A DNA stretch of 31,244 bases. Source: a virus (lineage: Duplodnaviria > Caudoviricetes). Position numbers and translations under genes: made by a program. This document shows positions 27,312 through 31,244 of this stretch, piece after piece (the first letter of the stretch is position 1; every line of letters begins with the position of its first letter). The stretch spans positions 1-31,244 of the IMG/VR virus record IMGVR_UViG_3300025502_000097; one strand, 5' to 3'. The notes below the pieces were generated by a model. The model was not told the DNA's origin, made no database searches, and saw nothing but the letters and a program-made list of their open reading frames with translations.

Positions 27312-27589
27312 TGGGAGCAATGCAAGCAGTGGAGATGGCAGAAATGCTAGACATTCGTTCAGCTATTGGCTGGCACTTGAGGTCTAATCACTACCCCCCA
27401 GTTCCAAGTTCAATGATTGACCCCTGCCTTGAGGCTATTGACGCTTTCCTTGAAGGTGACTATCTAAAGATGATTCGAATGCCAGAAGGCGTATTCTATC
27501 GAGGAAGCACCTTTGCACCTGCGGACGCTATTGTTGAGCAACACCACCTAGACGCTTGGGTTGAGCTTGATGAGGAGGGGCTGGAGTAA
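27311..27589 (+). CDS. Hypothetical protein
   Basis: Likely start at 27311 (GGAGGT RBS, TAATG coupling); HLRSNHYPPVP...HHLDAW. Confidence 0.75.
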   Translation: MGAMQAVEMAEMLDIRSAIGWHLRSNHYPPVPSSMIDPCLEAIDAFLEGDYLKMIRMPEGVFYRGSTFAPADAIVEQHHLDAWVELDEEGLE

Positions 27590-27710
27590 TCCACCCCTTC
27601 GGGGGGCGCCCCAGGTAACAGATCCATAACAAGTTTAAGAAGATTAGAAAAAAGGCCCCAAAATGTCTGTGCCCAGTGCTATAGTATTAGTAATCAGAAA
27701 AGGATAATAA

Positions 27711-28235
27711 ATGTTAGAGACTTACATCAAGAACTATGAGGAACTACTAAACAAGGCTACCCTGGGGCAGGTTGAGCAGGCAGCTATTTGGTATGTTGAC
27801 GCTGAGCGTATTGCTGAAAAGGTTGCAATCAATCTTGGAACTACCCTCGAGGTTGGGGCTAGTGTTGTCTCATCGTTCTCCCCTCGTGAGCGTTGGTCCA
27901 TCAACGTTGCTAGGGCTATAGCATTCTCACTAGGGCAAGAGGTTAGGTGCCTAAAGAATAACATTCGTATGGCTGAGAACTCTATCACTGACGGATTCAA
28001 AGCCCTAAAGGGGCTAAAGACTAATGCATTCGCTAAGGCTATTGCAGGCGACCAGCAGGCAGTTGTTATTGACGTCTGGATGATGAAGGCAGTTGGCAGT
28101 GAAAAGTCTGGACCTAACCAAACCGAATACCACGCAATGAGCGAGGCAGTGAGAATTATAGCGGACAAGCACGGTCTAACCCCAAGAACTACTCAGGCAA
28201 TTATCTGGATAGTGAAGAGGGGCTCCTCCCAATAA
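27711..28235 (+). CDS. Phage protein with possible DNA-glycosylase-like (HhH) fold
   Basis: 174 aa; WY...SPRERW..NV, GLKTNAF, AVVIDVWM and QAIIW motifs. The fold assignment is tentative. Confidence 0.5.
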   Translation: MLETYIKNYEELLNKATLGQVEQAAIWYVDAERIAEKVAINLGTTLEVGASVVSSFSPRERWSINVARAIAFSLGQEVRCLKNNIRMAENSITDGFKALKGLKTNAFAKAIAGDQQAVVIDVWMMKAVGSEKSGPNQTEYHAMSEAVRIIADKHGLTPRTTQAIIWIVKRGSSQ

Positions 28236-28253
28236 ATTTCAGTAGGGGTACTG

Positions 28254-28282
28254 ACGTCCTGGCCATGACGTAAAACTGGCCA
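28254..28282 (+). ncRNA. H-type pseudoknot copy 1
   Basis: ACGTC-CT-GGCCA-T-GACGT-AAAAC-TGGCC. Confidence 0.65.
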
Positions 28283-28551
28283 CATAAAAGGTGCGCCCGC
28301 CGAGACCCCGTTGTCAATTTACGATACTTACAAAAAAATCGTGGAAAGTTTATAGGTGTTTACGATAGACAAAGCACCCTCTATGCCTCATAATAGATAC
28401 ATCAAGCAAATACACGGCAAGTCATAGACAAAGTTGTTATCATTTTGTTACACAAATGCTATTGACAAAGACCCTGTTTCGTGAGATAATTGACTATCAA
28501 CAAATCGTTGGTAAGAACCAAAATAGTCCCTCTGGGGCGGAACGGAAGCAA

Positions 28552-28698
28552 ATGACCGAAATTACTGTTGGCTCACAGTTCACCACCGCAAAGTCTGGCG
28601 TTACAGGCGTTGTTCAGGAAATCATCAAGAACGCAAATGGCACAAGCCGAGTTCGTCTAGATGTTGCTGGACAAGAGCGTTGGACTACTGTAAAGTAG
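28552..28698 (+). CDS. 48 aa SH3/KOW-like small beta protein
   Basis: MTEITVGSQFTTAKSGVTGVVQEIIKNANGTSRVRLDVAGQERWTTVK; GGAAG upstream. Confidence 0.7.
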   Translation: MTEITVGSQFTTAKSGVTGVVQEIIKNANGTSRVRLDVAGQERWTTVK

Positions 28699-28709
28699 TA
28701 TCATTAGAC

Positions 28710-28750
28710 TTGGGGGGATAGAGTTATTATCCTTTCGCTATCTTCCCCAA
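28710..28750 (+). ncRNA. Anti-RBS hairpin 2
   Basis: Stem TTGGGGGGATAG/CTATCTTCCCCAA; loop AGTTATTATCCTTTCG. Confidence 0.65.
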
Positions 28751-28767
28751 TAAAATAACTAAACATA

Positions 28768-28832
28768 GGGGTGGTGTAGGACTACATAAGAGCAATAAGA
28801 TAGAGTCCTTATACGACTATTGCCACCACCCC
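28768..28832 (+). ncRNA. Nested-stem pseudoknotted RNA candidate
   Basis: Stems GGGGTGGTG/CACCACCCC and AGGACT/AGTCCT; loop GCAATA can pair with TATTGC. Confidence 0.5.
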
Positions 28833-28895
28833 ATAAAATGTCATACCCCCTCTGTATAATAATTAGATAAACAACAAATGAAAGTAGGATTTCAA

Positions 28896-29342
28896 ATGGC
28901 TAGAGCAATTTCAGTAAAGATTCCAACAGCTCTCCTAATCGCAGAAATTGAAGCAAAGATTGCAAGCATTGACGCATCAGTTGAAAGCTATGCAGATGAC
29001 TTGAAAGAGTATGAAGTAGCAAAAGAAAAGTATCGCATAGACCTAGCTGTTGCAATTAGCAAAGTTATGTTGAATAAAGATACCATTAGCTATGAGTATG
29101 ACGCTCCAATTCGTGTTGTTACCTATGGAGATAATCGTATTCAGATTGAGTTCAAGCCAAGTGCGGTAGCTGGATTGCCTGAGATGCCACAACAGCCACA
29201 AGAGCCTAACCGCAGAACTTGGTATGGACGTGACTACTACTCTCCAAAAGAGATGCTAGAGAAAAACCTCAAGGTATTGCGAATGACTACCCAAGAGGAA
29301 GTATCTGGCTCAACCTATGGGGCGTTGATAGAGTTCCTATAA
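28896..29342 (+). CDS. Coiled-coil hypothetical protein
   Basis: Likely start MARAISVKIPT at 28896 after GAAAGTAGG. Confidence 0.75.
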   Translation: MARAISVKIPTALLIAEIEAKIASIDASVESYADDLKEYEVAKEKYRIDLAVAISKVMLNKDTISYEYDAPIRVVTYGDNRIQIEFKPSAVAGLPEMPQQPQEPNRRTWYGRDYYSPKEMLEKNLKVLRMTTQEEVSGSTYGALIEFL

Positions 29343-29560
29343 ACCTGCAAAGGTTTAGGGAAAATGACCTGAGTATGTCTAGGTAAACTGCTCTCGACCC
29401 TAATGCAATAATTCGGGAATAGATACTTGCTAGTAGATGTAACGGAAACTAGATAGAGTTTGGTGGTGGCAGAAGAAACCACAAGCAGAGAAATTCTTAG
29501 GAACTATCTGCGAGTAGCCCCTTAGCCCGTTTCTTATCCTTTCTGGCTAGGGGGTTTACT
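29340..29560 (+). ncRNA. ~220 nt multi-hairpin ncRNA candidate (pseudoknot copy 2 plus anti-RBS hairpin 3)
   Basis: GCAA-tetraloop hairpin at 29340-29357; pseudoknot at 29366-29393; short stems CTAGT/ACTAG, GTGGT/ACCAC and GCAGA/TCTGC; hairpin 29513-29560 with a TTATCCTTTCT loop. Confidence 0.55.
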
Positions 29561-29696
29561 TATGCCTGGATCTGGGGCGCCCGCTCGTTATCGAACTGTT
29601 ATCTAAAATGAGTAATTAGTTTACGAAGGGTCTTGATAATGTCTGACCCCCCATGTATACTTAGACTATTAGATAACCCCAATAGAAAGAGATAAC

Positions 29697-30707
29697 ATGC
29701 ACGATTTAGAATCAGTAAACGGACAGACAGCTTTTGCCTCACTACGCCAGCCAGCTTGGCATGGACTGGGCACTGTCTTTGACAAGGAAGTTACCACCAA
29801 GGAAATGCTAGACCTAGCCCACCTTTCAGACTGGAATGTCCGCTTGGAGGATGTAGCAATTCCTGATGGCTTTGCAAGTGACAAGGGCTATTCATTTGTG
29901 ACTAGGACTAACCCTTTTGATAATTCTCAGAATGATGTTCTGGGTGTTGTTGGGGAGCGTTATGTTCCGTTGCAAAACGAGAATTTGTTTGACTTTGGTG
30001 ACCTAATGCTAGATGGCGGTGGTCGTTGGGAAACAGCAGGTTCCATAAAAAGCGGTAGGCAGGTATTTGGTTCACTAGCCCTAGAGCGTGAAACAGTTCT
30101 TGACCCCAATGGTGTAGGCGATAAGGTAAACACTTATTTGCTAATCAACACTAGCCATGATGGTTCAGTAGCAATTCAGGCAAGTATCACGCCTGTTCGT
30201 GTTGTATGTGCTAACACCCTAAACCTAGCTTTGGGTAATCGTGGCAGAGGTGGTTCTGTCAAGCAAAGCTTCAAGATTAGGCACACCGCTACGGCTTCTG
30301 GCAAGGTTCAGCAAGCTAGGGAGGCACTTGGCTTGGCTAATGCTTACATGGATGAGTTTGATGTTATGGCTAAGAACATGATTCAGAAAGAGGTAACCAA
30401 GGCTCAATTTGATAAGGTTGTTTCTGCCCTATACCCTGCACCAGAAAAAGATGCCAAGGGTTCTGCAAAGAAGTATACGGACAAGATTGACCTAATCAAC
30501 TCTATCTATGTTGGCGACAAGAACAACACCATTTCAGGAACTGCTTGGGGCATTGCTAATGCTCTAACGGAGCGTTTGGATTGGTATCGCACAGCTAGGG
30601 GTGGAACAAACGAGTCTATCCTAGCTGCTGCTTCTGGCTTTGACCCTGTGACCACAGCAGAGAAAAACAGAATCTTCAAAACTGTCAAAGAGTTGGTAAT
30701 GGTATAA
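29697..30707 (+). CDS. DUF932 / TIGR03299-type phage-plasmid protein
   Basis: PAWHGLG, LGVVGERY.PLQN, WETAGS, NTSHDGS, TPVRVVCANTL, IRHT and GTAWG are characteristic motifs. Confidence 0.85.
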   Translation: MHDLESVNGQTAFASLRQPAWHGLGTVFDKEVTTKEMLDLAHLSDWNVRLEDVAIPDGFASDKGYSFVTRTNPFDNSQNDVLGVVGERYVPLQNENLFDFGDLMLDGGGRWETAGSIKSGRQVFGSLALERETVLDPNGVGDKVNTYLLINTSHDGSVAIQASITPVRVVCANTLNLALGNRGRGGSVKQSFKIRHTATASGKVQQAREALGLANAYMDEFDVMAKNMIQKEVTKAQFDKVVSALYPAPEKDAKGSAKKYTDKIDLINSIYVGDKNNTISGTAWGIANALTERLDWYRTARGGTNESILAAASGFDPVTTAEKNRIFKTVKELVMV

Positions 30708-30714
30708 GGCATTC

Positions 30715-30741
30715 CTTCCTGGGCATGAAGTAAAACTGCCC
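30715..30741 (+). ncRNA. H-type pseudoknot copy 3
   Basis: CTTC-CT-GGGCA-T-GAAG-TAAAAC-TGCCC, followed by CCC-TTCG-GGG. Confidence 0.65.
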
Positions 30742-30907
30742 ATTCCCTTCGGGGCATGGATCGGTGCGCCCCAAATCAAATGAGTCAATAAACTATATAT
30801 TTAGTCATATATAGTTAATTACGAAGAGGTAACAAAAACCCCAGACTCTTGTATAATGTCAGACCCCCCCTGTATAATAGACACATACACAGAAAGAGAG
30901 ACCCCAA

Positions 30908-31105
30908 GTGACCTATAATCTAAGACCAGAATCATACATCTCAGAAGATGGAAACTATGGTAGTGGTATGCTACTTACTTTTTCCTATCACCAGCTAACC
31001 GAAGACCAGTGGGGCGTTGTTGACACCCTAGCCGACAGAGATAAAATGTCGTATGCCGTTGCTATACTAAAGGGACACGAAGACCTATCAGAATGGGAAG
31101 ACTAA
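30908..31105 (+). CDS. 65 aa hypothetical protein
   Basis: GTG start; AGAAAGAGAG RBS; promoter copy at 30857. Confidence 0.7.
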   Translation: MTYNLRPESYISEDGNYGSGMLLTFSYHQLTEDQWGVVDTLADRDKMSYAVAILKGHEDLSEWED

Positions 31106-31244
31106 TGACTGAAGTAACTATGAGTAAGGTTATAAGAGCTAGTATTGTTTTTGAATACCTTGTGGATGGGGATGAGGTTCTTAGCGAGCTTACCCCAGAG
31201 GACCAGATAGACTACGTCAGGGAGAACACCGTGGAAGACATAAT
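31105..31244 (+). CDS. Hypothetical protein, runs off the right edge of the window
   Basis: MTEVTMSKVIRASIVFEYLVDGDEVLSELTPEDQIDYVRENTVEDI...; TAATG coupling. Confidence 0.6.
   Translation, partial: MTEVTMSKVIRASIVFEYLVDGDEVLSELTPEDQIDYVRENTVEDI

Larger units (their letters stand above)
24176..30771. repeat. Seven GG(G/T)GCGCCC cassette-boundary elements
   Basis: Copies near 24176, 24897, 25868, 27603, 28290, 29574 and 30763; all intergenic. Confidence 0.8.
23560..30878 (+). promoter_or_regulatory. Family of 13 early promoters, TGTCnG-N10-TAnnnT (RecA-NDp/PafBC-like)
   Basis: 22-bp copies start at 23560, 23820, 24247, 24442, 25001, 25190, 25946, 26672, 26791, 27664, 28839, 29640 and 30857. 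Each lies upstream of an ORF start with invariant spacing. Confidence 0.85.

Noticed and set aside
4727-28895. Extended N-termini in the ORF track (4795, 8122, 21775, 22573, 25189, 27293, 28456, 28878)
   Set aside because: Downstream starts have proper RBS or leaderless geometry; most extensions overlap promoters or neighbouring genes.
23982-30757. Minus-strand ORFs in the early region (23982, 24432, 26514, 27734, 29669, 30225, 30506)
   Set aside because: Opposite to promoter- and RBS-supported plus-strand genes, and several run through regulatory motifs.
24176-30771. Classical integron attC sites
   Set aside because: No RYYYAAC/GTTRRRY-bounded long imperfect palindromes and no integrase in the window; only the cassette-like layout is retained as a finding.
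23560-30878. CRISPR array interpretation of the recurring AATGTCTGACCCC repeat
   Set aside because: Spacing is irregular (100 to over 1000 bp), copies are degenerate, the intervals contain ORFs and no cas genes are present; a promoter explains it better.
22950-31244. tRNA genes in structured intergenic regions
   Set aside because: No cloverleaf with a T-arm GTTCRA and matching acceptor stem found by eye; tRNAscan-SE or ARAGORN would be decisive.

Overview
This window is part of a tailed dsDNA phage genome (siphovirus-like, roughly 40% GC by eye). The host is very probably an actinobacterium, inferred from GAAAGG-type ribosome-binding sites (RBS), frequent leaderless genes and actinobacterial regulator boxes. 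Positions 1-22,700 (minus strand) hold the late/morphogenesis module: tail tube, neck proteins, major capsid, protease/scaffold, portal, a large LamG-type minor tail protein, a modular tail-fibre/baseplate cluster, a membrane protein and a frameshifted GT60-like glycosyltransferase. These genes are preceded by TGnTAWAAT extended -10 promoters. Positions 23,500-31,244 (plus strand) hold an early/host-takeover-type region of about 25 mostly tiny ORFs arranged in cassettes. The main unexplained system is regulatory. (i) 13 promoters have the exact geometry of actinobacterial PafBC/RecA-NDp DNA-damage promoters (TGTCnG-N10-TAnnnT). (ii) There are many MtrA-like RTAAC(A/G) 11-bp-period boxes, four WhiA-like GACAC boxes and one LexA-type palindrome. 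(iii) A GG(G/T)GCGCCC element separates the cassettes. (iv) A set of small structured RNAs lies between cassettes, including three hairpins that display UUAUCCUUUC (the complement of the phage's own early RBS) and three covarying H-type pseudoknots. All functional assignments come from reading motifs by eye; no database search was run.
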